In this document: in pieces, positions 46,149 through 57,016 of the stretch | Layout: the number at the start of each line of letters is the position of its first letter | Numbering within the stretch: the stretch's first letter is position 1 | Assembly: GCA_965261595.1 (NCBI GenBank) | Contig: CBDHDG010000006.1 | Location: 1,536,001 to 1,600,000 of the forward strand | Length of the DNA stretch: 64,000 nt | Direction: 5' to 3' | Source of the DNA: a bacterium | GTDB lineage: Bacteria > UBA8248 > JACPRG01 > G963555815 | Notes under the pieces: model-generated | Told to the model about the DNA's origin: nothing | Databases searched by the model: none | The model's input: the letters and a program-made list of their open reading frames with translations, nothing else | Position numbers and translations under genes: made by a program

Positions 46149-47569
46149 TCATACCGGCGCCCGCCGGCTGATCCAGTTTGTGACCTCCAGGTCCTTCAGG
46201 AAGATTTCGCCCTCGCCCTGGGGGGCGGTTCGCTCAAGCCGCTCGCGCTCTTCCAGCCGAAAGGTCGACGGGCGGCAGGCGTCGATGCCGATCTTGCCCC
46301 CGACCCGCTGCCAGCGGGCCCCCGGGGGCGCGACCTGGGGCAGGGCGACATCCATCGGGTGGTTTCGGGTCCCCCGGATGGGGTGGACGTCGGTGTCCGG
46401 GTTGAAGCGCGTCCCGATGGCCCACAGAATCTCTTCCGGCTTGTGGATGTCCACGTCCTCGTCGACGGCGATGGCCACCTTGGGAGGGAGGTACGCGCTG
46501 CTGAGCGCCCCCATCAGGACGTTGACCACCTGCCCCTCATAATGCGGGGTCATCCGGATCAGGATCACGAACTGGCCGCCGTACGGAGCGCAGTGGACAT
46601 CGTGGACGTCCGAGAATCCCTCCACCTCGCGCAGGCGCTCATAGAGATGGGCCTCCATCGGAAGGCCGTTGAGGGACTGGTGCTCGACGAAGTTGGTGGA
46701 CTGGCAGTGGCGGTAGATGGGATCGCTACGCAGGGTGATGGCCGAAACCTCGAAGACCGGGTTGTCCCCGGTCCCGGAAGCGTAGGAGCATTGGAACTCC
46801 CCGAACGGCCCCTCGGCCTTCCTCACACCGGACAGAAGCTTGCCTTCGATGACGATTTCCGCGCGGGCCGGGGCCACGAGGTCCACCGTCTCGCACCGGA
46901 CCATGGGGACGGGGGATTCCAGCAACGCCCCGCCAGCTCGAACTCGTCCACGCCGTAGGGGACGGTCCAGTTCGTGGCCACGTCCAGCAGCGGATGATGG
47001 CCGATGGGGACCGCCATGGGCATGTCCTCTCCGGCCGCCTCGTACTGCTCGAAATGCCGGTAGGTGTGGCGCGGGACGAGGAGCATCCCCGTGTGATTCC
47101 TGTCCTGAACCTCCATCCGCAGCATGGCCAGGTTCCCGATCCCCGTCTCCAGATCCCGGGTGTAGTTCATCCCGGCGCCGATGGTGATGTTCCCGTCCTT
47201 CCTAGAGTGTTTGACGATGGGGAGACGGTTGAGATCGACGTCGTCTCCTGTCAGGATCACCTCTTTGCACGGCCCGTCGTCAACGATTTCGAAGGGGACA
47301 AGCCCCTTGCGATAGCGCCGGACCAGCTCCGGCACGACGTCCTCCGGCTCGCAGCCCAGGGCGAGGGCCTGGGTCGTCCGCTTTGTCAGGAGCTCGCCGC
47401 AGACCCGCCAGTCTTCAAAGCCCCTGACATTCTCGAAGAGGATGGGCCGATCCGTCTGGTCGAAAAGGGTCCCCATCTCGGCGGCGGGATCAACGGGCGA
47501 GTGGACGACCCGCAACAGGTCGTTGGCCTCCAATTCGTCCAGGAATGTCCTGAGGTCTTTCTCCGGCAT
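46149..47569 (-). pseudogene. UbiD-family decarboxylase, frameshift near 46925
   Basis: DLRTFLDELE, LFENV, AEIVIEG, EGPFGEF, VDEDVDI, WAIGTR and GKIGIDA. Confidence 0.9.
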
Positions 47570-47886
47570 GGCTCTGTCCCCTTCCGGTTAAACCACCATA
47601 CGGTTCGAGATCGTCGGATAATGAATCGACCCCTCATCGGGAAAACTGCAACAAGAATGAGCCTTTCGGGATTTCAACTACTATACGCATAGCTCACCTG
47701 GAGACAAAATGGAGGGTGTCTTGCCGATCCCAGCCGGAAATGATGGGCGTTCCGCTCAGGGCGTTGAATCTGGATCGGCGTTCTGAGAAGGTCCGATCTC
47801 TTTATCCTGTTCGATCGTCTGCAAATGGCCCTTCGAGGCCGGGACTGAGCGAAGAACCACCCCCTGGCGTCTTAACGGATCCCCCT

Positions 47887-49513
47887 TTGAATACCGCAAC
47901 CCGAGTCGTTCTCCTGGGTATCGATGGAGGAACCTTCTCCCTTCTCGAGCCCTGGATGAACGATGGAACCCTTCCGAATTTCGCCAAAGTGCGTGCGGAG
48001 GGGGCCATCGGGGCTCTGGCCTCGACCGTCCCCCCCACGACCCCGACGGCCTGGACAACGTGTTTCACGGGAGTCAATCCCGGTAAGCACGGCATCTACG
48101 ATTTTCGGGAAATCCCCCCTGCTCCACCCGGAACGGCCACTCATCACGCTCGCTTCCGTCAAGTCGCCCCGTCTTTGGCACAGGCTCAACAAGGTCGGGA
48201 AGAAAACCGCCATCCTGAACATACCCATCACTTATCCGCCCGAGCCGCTCGACGGATGCATGATCTCGGGCATGCTGACGCCCGGGCCCGAGGCTGAATT
48301 CGCATACCCATCCAGCCTCAAGCCGGAGCTCTTCGCGGCTATCGGGGACTATGTGCCCGACATCGACCTGCCGAAATACGAAGCGGAAAGCCATCAGGAC
48401 GCGCTGAGCTTCATGAATGTGGTTTCTCACGCCTTCCTCCAGCGCGAGAAAGCATTCTTCTACCTGATGGACCACAAACCCTGGGACTTTTTCATGGGCG
48501 TCTTCATCCTCGCGGACCGGCTCCAGCACTTTTTCTGGAAATATATGGACCCCGATTGCGGCCTCTACGGGAGCGCCATGGCCAACCGGCTCCGGGGAAA
48601 CATCACCGATTGTTACCGCCTCATGGACGATTTCCTGGGGCGTCTCCTCGACCGCCTGACCCCGGACACCCTGTTGCTTATCATGTCGGACCACGGCTTC
48701 GGGCCCACCGACGCCTGGTTCAACGTGAGCGCCTGGCTGGAGGCGCAGGGCCTCCTGCGCATGCGCAAAGAGGTCGCCTCCCGCAAGAAGCTGCTCTACA
48801 AGCTGGTTTCCCTGAACGATGTAAAATGGGTCCGCTCACTCGTCCCCGGCTTCATCCAGAGCCGGATGAGAAAACGGGCGCGGCGGGGCCGCTCGGCCTT
48901 TGTAACCGACCTTCACGAGACCCTGGACTAGGACCGGACGCGGGCCTTCTTTCCGAGCATCCCGTCCCAGGGGATCTATATCAACGTCCGGCGCGAGGGA
49001 TTCGGGGTCGTGCCGCCCGGCGATGCGTACGAGGCCCTTCGCCGGGAAATCAAGGGGCGCCTGGAGGACCTTCGGGATGAGAAAACCGGAGAGCGTCTGG
49101 TGGATTGGGTCAAGTTCCGCGAGGAGGGGCCGGGAGAGGGCGGCGGCGAATCCTCGTGGTTCCGTGAGCTTCGTCCGGACGAGCGCGAGGGCGCGAGGGG
49201 CCGGGGGATGAACGGGACGCACCGTCCCGAGGGGTTCTTCGTTTTTTCCGGCCCCGGCGTGCGGCCGGACCGATATGAGCCCGGGGCGGACCTCGCCGAT
49301 TTCGCCCCGACGCTGATGGCGCACCTGGGCGAGCGGCCGGCCACTCCGATGGAAGGCCGGGTTCTGAGCGCCCTGCTCGACGCGCCGGGACCTTCATCGG
49401 ACCCGCCCCCGGTTCGCAACGCGGATCTCACATCCGTTACAATGGGCGCGGGCGGGCCCGATTGGGAATCGGAAACTGCCAAGCGCCTCAGAGACCTGGG
49501 ATACCTGGAGTGA
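47887..49513 (+). pseudogene. Alkaline-phosphatase-superfamily (NPP-like) protein with frameshift, TAG and deletion
   Basis: LLGIDG, STVPPTTPTAW, NPGKHGIYDF, MSDHGF and GTHRPEG; C-terminus KRLRDLGYLE. Confidence 0.85.
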
Positions 49514-49521
49514 TCCACCGG

Positions 49522-50840
49522 ATGAGCGGGACGGCTTTATTGCCTCAAGGGTTTTCCGCAAACGGGCATGGCCGCCCTCCCGAAGTCGGACGGGCGGAAA
49601 ATCCTCGGCGGATCGTCATGGCCGCGGCCTGCCCTTTTCCCGGCGTACAGGGCTCACAGGTCCTGATTCAGGAGTTGATCACCGGCCTGGCCGCCCCCGG
49701 GGCCACCGGATAGACCTGGTCACTTACCCGTTCGGGATGGACGCTCAATGGCGCTGTCCGCGGGGATGCCGAATTCATCGGGTGAACACCCGGCTCAGGC
49801 ACCCGGCTCACCATCCCGGCTTTCACCCCGTCAAACCGCTCCTCGACGCGGCCCTGGCCCGCCTTTTGAAAGAGGTGGTCCGCTGGCGGGAGGGGAGGGG
49901 GGGGGGACCGACCTGATCCACGCCCACAGTGTCGAAGGGCTGATGGCCGCCCTGTGGGTGCGCCGGCAGACCCACACGCCCGTTCTCTATCACAGCCACA
50001 CCCTTCTCGGTGAAGAGCTGCCAACCTATTACCGGCCCGGTCCGGTCCGCTTTCTGTCGAAATAGGCGGGACTTGCGGCGGACCGCCTGCTGCCCCCCCG
50101 GGCGGATCACTGCATCGCCTTGAGCCCGAGGGCGGCCCGGACCTTTCAGAAGATGGGTGTGCGGGGCGATCGGATCTCCTGTCTTCCCCCGTTCGTGTTC
50201 CCCCCTCTCCCCCTCCCCCCCCCCGGATGCCAGGCCTTTCGGCGGCGGAAGCGGGCCGGGCGCTCCCTATATCCTGTACGCCGGGAACCTCCATCCCTAT
50301 CAGGATCTGGACCTGCTCCTTCGGAGCTTCCGGATCGTTGCCGCCGCGGAGCGGGAGACCCATCTACTGATTGTTACGCACAACGACCCGTCCCGGTGGG
50401 AGAAGCGCATGGGGAGACTGGGCCTCGGGGGGCGGGTGACCTTCCTGACCGGCCGATCTTTTGAACAGGAATGGGAATGGATGTCGGACGCCGCCGTCCT
50501 GGCGCTGCCGAGACTGCGCTGCCCGGGCTATCCGATGAAGCTGCTGAATTATCTCGCGGCGGCCCGGCCCATCGTGGCGAGCGCGGATTCTGCGCGGGGT
50601 CTGACGCACGGGCGGGACGCCTACGTGGTCACCGCACCCGGGCCGGAGGCTTTCGCCGGGGGACTGTTGAGGGTGTTGCGCTCCCGCCCGCTCGCCCTCC
50701 GTCTCGCGGAGGGCGCGGGGAGGACATCGAAAGAAAGCCTCAGCCCCCGGAACCTGCTCGGGGGTATCGAAAGGGTTTACGAACGGGTATCACCTCCATC
50801 CAGGATTTGGATTTCCAGAATGGCCGCCACGGCCGTCTGA
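49522..50840 (+). pseudogene. GT4-family glycosyltransferase, several lesions
   Basis: DLIHAHSVEG, LYAGNLHPYQDLDLL and GYPMKLLNYLAAARPIV; stops and shifts in G/C runs. Confidence 0.82.
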
Positions 50841-50877
50841 CGTATCCGGCAGTCCTCATCATCAAGGAATTTCGCGC

Positions 50878-52305
50878 ATGACGAAAGTGATTCTCATCGG
50901 GCTCGATTGCGCCGAGCCGAGCTTGGTCTTCGACCAGTGGAGGCATGAGCTGCCCAACTTCAGGAGGCTGATGGCCTCGGGGGTTTACGGGCGGCTTCGG
51001 AGCTGCGACCCGCCCATCACCGTGCCCGCCTGGACCTGCATGATGACGAGCCGGGACCCGGGCGAGCTGGGGATTTACGGCTTCCGGAACCGGAAATCCC
51101 ATGAATACGGAGCGATGGGCATCGCTTCTTCCCTGAGCGTTCGGGAAGACCGGGTCTGGGACATCCTGGGCCGGGACGGACGGGAGGTGGTGGTGGTCGG
51201 GGTTCCGCCCACTTATCCGGTGCGGCCGGTCAACGGCAATCTGATCTCGTGCTTTCTGACCCCCGGCCTCGACAGCGTTCACACCCATCCACCCGAGCTC
51301 CAGTCGGAAATCCGGGACCTCGTGGGGGATTACCTGTTTGACGTGGAGGGATTCCGCACAGACGACAAACCGGAGTTGTTGAACCGGATCTACGACATGA
51401 CGCGGAAGCGGTTCCGGGTCCTCCGGCATCTCATCCAAACCAAGCCTTGGGATTATTTCATGTTCGTGGAGATGGGCACGGACCGAATCCACCACGGGTT
51501 TTGGAAGCACCACGACCCGAGCCACGTCAAGCATGAGCGCGGCAGCCCGTATGGAGACGTGATCCGGGAATACTATCGCTACCTGGATGGGGAGATCGGC
51601 GACCTTCTGGCCCTCGCCGGAGACGACACGATCATCCTGGTCGTGTCCGATCACGGCGTCAAGAAGATGGACGGCGGCGTCTGCGTGAACGAGTGGCTGA
51701 TGAACGAGGGATTCCTGACGGTGAAAAATTACCCGACGGAGCTGACCTCGCCCGCTCAGTTGGAGTTCGACTGGGACAAGACGCTGGCCTGGGGAGAGGG
51801 GGGCTATTACGGGCGGATCTACCTGAACATCCGGGGACGGGAGCCGCGGGGAGTCATCGCCCCATACGACGCGCCCCGGGTCTGCGCCGAGTTGAAGGCG
51901 GGGCTGGAAGGGATGAAGGACGAGCACGGCCGTCCGCTGGGGACCCGGGTGCTCTTCCCCCGGGACATCTACCGTGAGGTCCGGGGCGCCGCGCCCGATC
52001 TCATCACGCATTTCGGGAACCTGGACTGGCGGTCGGTGGGCACGATGGGCCATGGAAAGGTTCTCACTCGGGAGAACGACACCGGCCCCGACGACGCCAA
52101 CCACGACATCCACGGGATCTTCATCATGTCCAGGAAAGCGGATTGGGAGAAAACCGGCGAGGAAGCCGCGCCGGGCGCGCCGCTCTCCGGCCTCACCCTC
52201 TACGACGTGGCCCCGACGCTCTTGAGTCTCTTCGGGCTTCCCGTCCCGGCGGAGATGCAGGGACGGGTGATCCCGGAGGCGGAGGTCCCGCCTTTTTTCG
52301 GGTGA
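50878..52305 (+). CDS. Alkaline-phosphatase-superfamily (NPP-like) protein, intact
   Basis: IGLDCA, SCDPPITVPAW, MGTDRIHH, VSDHG and DDANH. Confidence 0.92.
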   Translation: MTKVILIGLDCAEPSLVFDQWRHELPNFRRLMASGVYGRLRSCDPPITVPAWTCMMTSRDPGELGIYGFRNRKSHEYGAMGIASSLSVREDRVWDILGRDGREVVVVGVPPTYPVRPVNGNLISCFLTPGLDSVHTHPPELQSEIRDLVGDYLFDVEGFRTDDKPELLNRIYDMTRKRFRVLRHLIQTKPWDYFMFVEMGTDRIHHGFWKHHDPSHVKHERGSPYGDVIREYYRYLDGEIGDLLALAGDDTIILVVSDHGVKKMDGGVCVNEWLMNEGFLTVKNYPTELTSPAQLEFDWDKTLAWGEGGYYGRIYLNIRGREPRGVIAPYDAPRVCAELKAGLEGMKDEHGRPLGTRVLFPRDIYREVRGAAPDLITHFGNLDWRSVGTMGHGKVLTRENDTGPDDANHDIHGIFIMSRKADWEKTGEEAAPGAPLSGLTLYDVAPTLLSLFGLPVPAEMQGRVIPEAEVPPFFG

Positions 52306-52334
52306 TTGCCCGCATGGGTGAAAGGGCGGGTGAG

Positions 52335-52943
52335 CTACTCGATATACCCCAGCTCGCCCAGCTTCGCCTTGATCCCCCGGGCTTCCTCTTCCGAATATAC
52401 GTAATCCCCCGGCTCCAGGAGGCCGAGCGCTTCCAGTTTCCGAAGGATTTTTCCCGCGCTCTCCTCGGGGGTCTCTTTGTCCGTCTCGACGACCAGCTCG
52501 GGGTTCAGGGGTTCTTCATAGGGATCGGAAACGCCGGTGAAGTTCTGGATCTCGCCCTTGAAGGCCTTGGCGTACATCCCCTTCACATCCCGCTCGGCGC
52601 ACGCCTCGACGGGGCACTTGACGTAGACCTCCACGAAATTGTCGATCCCCTCCCGGACCTGGTCGCGGATCTCCCGGTAGGGAGAGATGACCGCCGCTAT
52701 CGTCAGGACGCCGTTCCGGTTCAGGAGATGGTTCAGGAATCCGACCCGGAGGATGTGCGTATCGCGATCCTTTTTGGAAAAACCCATGTCGGCGCTCAGG
52801 TTTTTCCGCACCTCGTCGCCGTCGAAGATCTCGACATGGCGGTGATTCCGCGCATGAAGCGCGTCTTTCAGGATCAAGGATATCGTGCTCTTTCCCGAGC
52901 AGGGCAGACCCGTCATCCAGATGGTGAAGCTTGAAGAATCCAT
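52335..52943 (-). CDS. cysC: Adenylyl-sulfate kinase with a C-terminal LGY tail
   Basis: WMTGLPCSGKST, DGDEVR, ISPY, RDVKGMY and FTGVSDPYEEP. Confidence 0.95.
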   Translation of the reverse strand: MDSSSFTIWMTGLPCSGKSTISLILKDALHARNHRHVEIFDGDEVRKNLSADMGFSKKDRDTHILRVGFLNHLLNRNGVLTIAAVISPYREIRDQVREGIDNFVEVYVKCPVEACAERDVKGMYAKAFKGEIQNFTGVSDPYEEPLNPELVVETDKETPEESAGKILRKLEALGLLEPGDYVYSEEEARGIKAKLGELGYIE

Positions 52944-52991
52944 TCTCAACCTCTTGTGTTGTGACTTCTCTTTTTTCGCTCAGCGGACATT

Positions 52992-54152
52992 TTACTTTTC
53001 GCCGGTGTAGGCCTGAATCAGAATCCGGGCCACGTCGGCCCGCGTGAATTCCGGCGGAGGTATCTCCCCATTGCCCAGCATCTCCCGAACCTTGGTGCCG
53101 CTGAGGAACACGCGGCTCTCCGGGTCATGCGGGCACGTCTTCGTCGTCGCCATCCCCTCGCACTTCCGGCAATAGAAGGAGTGATCGAAAAAGAGCGGCG
53201 TAATCCCCAGGGCCGCCGGATCGAATTCCCGGAAGATGTGGTGGGCGTCGTAGGTGCCGTAATAGCTCCCCACACCGGCGTGATCCCGTCCCACGATGAA
53301 ATGGGTGCACCCGAAGTTCTTCCGGACGATGGCGTGGAAGATGGCCTCTTTCGGCCCCGCGTACCGCATGGCCGCGGGAAAGACGGAGAGAATCGCCCGC
53401 TCCTTCGGCAGATACCGGTCCACGATGACTTCATAGCACGCCATCCGGACATCGGCGGGGATGTCGCCCTCCTTGGTCGCGCCGACCAGCGGATGGATCA
53501 TCAAGCCGTCCACGCACTCCAAGGCGCATTTCATCAGGTACTCGTGCGCCCGGTGAATGGGGTTGCGGGTCTGGAAGGCGACGACCGTCTCCCATTCCCG
53601 CAACTGGAAGAGCAGACGCGTCTCCTTGGGCTCCAGATATCTTCGGCCCCACTCCGGCGGCGCGCTCCGGCGCAGCCATTTCACCGGTCCGCCCAGGAGG
53701 ACCTCCCCCCGGGCCCGAACGGCTTGCACCCCGGGATGGCCGTCATCCGCCGCGCGGAGGACTTCTTTCGCCTCCTTCTCGATGTCCGCCCGGAACCGCT
53801 CCCGGACCGCCATCACGCCCGCAACGGCCCCCGCCTCTTCGTCGAAGAGCGCGACCTCATCGCCGTCCGAGACCCGGCCGGCCGCGTCGGCATCCGCTCC
53901 CAAAACAACGGGCAGCGTCCAGGGGAGACCCGAGGCCAGGTGTCCCGTCTCGACGACCGTCTCGTAATCGGCCTTCCCCATGAAACCCCGGAGGGGGCTG
54001 TAAGCGCCCGTGGCGAGAAGCTCCAGGTCGGAGCGCTCCATCGGGGAGAGGGGGATTCGGACAAGCCCATCGGCCCGCTTCTCCAACTCCGGCGCTTCGG
54101 CCTCCGGCACAGTCAAATCGACCAGGGTTCCGCCATGTGGCTTGATCGGCAT
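52992..54152 (-). CDS. sat: Sulfate adenylyltransferase
   Basis: PHGGTL, FQTRNPIHRAHEY, MRYAGPKEA, VGRDHAGVG and LSGTKVR. Confidence 0.96.
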   Translation of the reverse strand: MPIKPHGGTLVDLTVPEAEAPELEKRADGLVRIPLSPMERSDLELLATGAYSPLRGFMGKADYETVVETGHLASGLPWTLPVVLGADADAAGRVSDGDEVALFDEEAGAVAGVMAVRERFRADIEKEAKEVLRAADDGHPGVQAVRARGEVLLGGPVKWLRRSAPPEWGRRYLEPKETRLLFQLREWETVVAFQTRNPIHRAHEYLMKCALECVDGLMIHPLVGATKEGDIPADVRMACYEVIVDRYLPKERAILSVFPAAMRYAGPKEAIFHAIVRKNFGCTHFIVGRDHAGVGSYYGTYDAHHIFREFDPAALGITPLFFDHSFYCRKCEGMATTKTCPHDPESRVFLSGTKVREMLGNGEIPPPEFTRADVARILIQAYTGEK

Positions 54153-54253
54153 TGTCAGTTCCTCGCGCTTCCAATCAACGGACGGCCGAGAGGCCAGCCC
54201 TTCAAGTTGAGTGAGCTGATTGATCCGCGGTCATTTCTCAACCCCGCATTCCC

Positions 54254-55552
54254 TCAGGTCGCGGCGGGGAGGGGTTGCCGATAGAACGATTCTCGAATGC
54301 TGAAGCTCAAGGCCGAGGCCGTGAACAACAGGACGGCGGCAAGCACAAACGCGGGCGTATACGACCCGGTCCAGTCGAAGATGAGACCGCCGACCAACAC
54401 GCCCACCGCCGATCCCACCTGATGAAGGCCCGTGATGGAGCCATAGAGGAGACCGATGTTCTTGGGTCCGTAAATCTCCCGGGTGAGGCTCGCCGTGGGC
54501 GGGACGGTCGCGAACCAGGAGAGGCCCGTCGCGATGGCGAAGATGTAAAGCGTCAGATAATTCTGCCAGAGGGAGAAGAACAGGAACGACGTCCCCCGGA
54601 TGAAGTACACGGCCGCCAGGGGATTCTTCCTGCCGATCCGGTCCGAGATCCAGCCGGAGAAAAGGGTCCCGAAGATGTTGAAGAACCCCGCAACGCTGAC
54701 CGCCGCGATGGCCGTGGTCACGTCGAACCCCTTGTCCGTCACATAGGAGGGGAAGTGAACCGCGAACAACATGACCGTGAACCCGCAGGTGAAGAACGAA
54801 CAGGCCAGCATCCAGAACGGCCTCGTCCGCAGCGCCTCACGCCAGCTCAGGTGTTCGAAATTGTTGAGACGGACCCGAACCTCCTCCTTCTTCGGGGAAT
54901 CGTCCGGCTCGTCCGACGTCTCGCCGTCCGGCAGCAACCCCATCTCCTGCGGTTTGCTCCGGACAACGAAGAACACAAGGGGCAGGGCCGTCGCCAGGGC
55001 CACCACCGCCACCGTCGGGAAAGCGGCCCGCCAACCCAACGTCAGGATGAAATAGCTGGCCAGGGGCACGACCAGGAGCTGTCCGAGCGGCGCCCCGGCG
55101 TTGCAGATTCCCAGGGCGGTCCCCCGAAGCTTATGAAACCACTGCATGACACACGTGGCGACGGGAACAAACGCCGTGCATACCGACCCGACGCCCACGA
55201 GGACCCCGTAAAAGAGATAGACGTGCCAAAGCGTCCCCGTGAGACCCAGCAGCATATATCCCGTTGCGATAAACAGGATCCCGATGATGAGGATCCCGCG
55301 GGAGCCGAACCGGTCCAGGGATCGGCCGACCACCGGGCTCAAAATCGCATACAGGAAATACGCCAGCGAGATGGACCCCGAGAGCTCCGCCCGGCTCCAC
55401 CCGAACTCCTTCAACACCGGCTTGAAGAAGAAACCGATGGAGGCCGTCGTCCCGAAGGTCATGCAGACCGAAAACGTCAACGCCGCAACAACGAACCATC
55501 CGTAGAAGATCGGCTTCCTGTCCGATACAGCCGGATTCCGCCCTGATGCCAT
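54254..55552 (-). CDS. MFS transporter
   Basis: About 12 TM segments; GRSLDRFGSR and GWISDRIGRK. Confidence 0.93.
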   Translation of the reverse strand: MASGRNPAVSDRKPIFYGWFVVAALTFSVCMTFGTTASIGFFFKPVLKEFGWSRAELSGSISLAYFLYAILSPVVGRSLDRFGSRGILIIGILFIATGYMLLGLTGTLWHVYLFYGVLVGVGSVCTAFVPVATCVMQWFHKLRGTALGICNAGAPLGQLLVVPLASYFILTLGWRAAFPTVAVVALATALPLVFFVVRSKPQEMGLLPDGETSDEPDDSPKKEEVRVRLNNFEHLSWREALRTRPFWMLACSFFTCGFTVMLFAVHFPSYVTDKGFDVTTAIAAVSVAGFFNIFGTLFSGWISDRIGRKNPLAAVYFIRGTSFLFFSLWQNYLTLYIFAIATGLSWFATVPPTASLTREIYGPKNIGLLYGSITGLHQVGSAVGVLVGGLIFDWTGSYTPAFVLAAVLLFTASALSFSIRESFYRQPLPAAT

Positions 55553-55555
55553 ACC

Positions 55556-56836
55556 CTAACTCTCCGCTGGAACCGGTTCCCGGTACCTGGACTCCCGCAC
55601 CATAAAGCTGACCAAAGACGCCCCCATCAACAGGACCACCGCCATCATATAGGCCCCTCGATAAGACCCCGTCCAGTCGAACATCAATCCGCCCAGATAA
55701 ACCCCGACGGCCGAGCCGATCTGGTGAACACCTGTCATCGTGCCGTAGATGATCCCCATGTTCTTGGAACCGTAGATGTCCCCCGTCAACCCCGCCGTGA
55801 GGGGAACGGTGGCGAAGTAGGAGAACCCGATGACCGCGGCGAAAAGGTAAAGGGTGAAAAGGTTCTGCCAAAGGAGGAAGATGACGAAGGACATGCCGCG
55901 AACGAAGTACGTGATGCCCAGGATGTTCTTCCGGCCCGTTCTGTCCGAAATCACCCCGGCCAGAAGGGTGCCGATGACGTTGAAGAATCCCGAGAAGGAA
56001 ACGGCCCACGCGGCCGTCTGGAAATCAAACCCCAGATCCGTGGCGTAGGGGATGGTGTGGATGGTGAACAGCGTGACGCTGAATCCGCAAGCGAAATATC
56101 CAGTGGAGATCAAGAAGAACGGCCGGGTCTTCATGGCTTGGCGCCAATCGAGGTGCGCGAGATTCCTGGAAGGAGCGCCCGGAGCGTCGGCGGCCCGTCC
56201 ATCCGCCGTTCTCCCGTCCGGCCGCAGACCCATCTCTTTCGGATCATTCCGGATGACGAACAGGATCACCGGCAGGGTCGTCGCGGCCAGGATCACGGCG
56301 CTGTAGACGAAGGCCAGCCTCCAGCCGATCCGCGAGATCAGGAACGCCGCGAGATACACCACGAGAAACAGCCCCAGGGCACCGCCCGCGTTGCCGATGC
56401 TCAGGGCCATGCCCCGCCGCTTCTCGAACCAATGGATCACCGTCGCCGAGACAGTCACGAAGGTCGTGGACGCCCCGCCCAACGACACCAGGACGCCGAA
56501 ATATATGTAAACGTGCCAGAGCCGGGAAACCATGGACATCAGGGCGAAACCCACCGTCATCATGACGATCCCCACGATGAACACCGGGCGGACGCCGATT
56601 CGATCGATGATCCGTCCAATGATCGGGGACGAAAGGGCGAAGAGGAAATACCCGATGGAGATTCCCAACGACAGGTCGCCCCGCAGCCAACCGAACTCTT
56701 CGACGATGGCCTTGAAATAAACGCCGATGGACGTGCTGGTCCCGAAGGACATGCAGAGCACGAACGTGATCGCCGCAAGGACGTACCAGCCGTAGAAGAC
56801 ACGTTTTTTGGGCTCAGACGGGCTTGCCGCCATCAC
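55556..56836 (-). CDS. MFS transporter, tandem paralog of the previous gene
   Basis: GRIIDRIGVR and GVISDRTGRKN; collinear with the adjacent MFS protein. Confidence 0.93.
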   Translation of the reverse strand: MMAASPSEPKKRVFYGWYVLAAITFVLCMSFGTSTSIGVYFKAIVEEFGWLRGDLSLGISIGYFLFALSSPIIGRIIDRIGVRPVFIVGIVMMTVGFALMSMVSRLWHVYIYFGVLVSLGGASTTFVTVSATVIHWFEKRRGMALSIGNAGGALGLFLVVYLAAFLISRIGWRLAFVYSAVILAATTLPVILFVIRNDPKEMGLRPDGRTADGRAADAPGAPSRNLAHLDWRQAMKTRPFFLISTGYFACGFSVTLFTIHTIPYATDLGFDFQTAAWAVSFSGFFNVIGTLLAGVISDRTGRKNILGITYFVRGMSFVIFLLWQNLFTLYLFAAVIGFSYFATVPLTAGLTGDIYGSKNMGIIYGTMTGVHQIGSAVGVYLGGLMFDWTGSYRGAYMMAVVLLMGASLVSFMVRESRYREPVPAES

Positions 56837-57016
56837 AACCTCTTTGTCCGGGGAAGTGCTTTTAGGTCCGCGTCCGATTCATCTTAACACGGATGTCCCC
56901 CGGCTCTCTCCAGCGGAAACCTTACGCATCCGATTCCCGTCGGTCCGTTAGACAGGGGAAGCGAGGAGATTCCCTGTGTTTATTCGCGAAAGGTGGAGAC
57001 GCGCGGGCCGATGCCG

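Noticed and set aside
49889..50224. Phase-variable G/C tracts in the GT4 gene
   Set aside because: The gene also has in-frame TAG codons, so slippage alone could not restore it; decay or read error is simpler.
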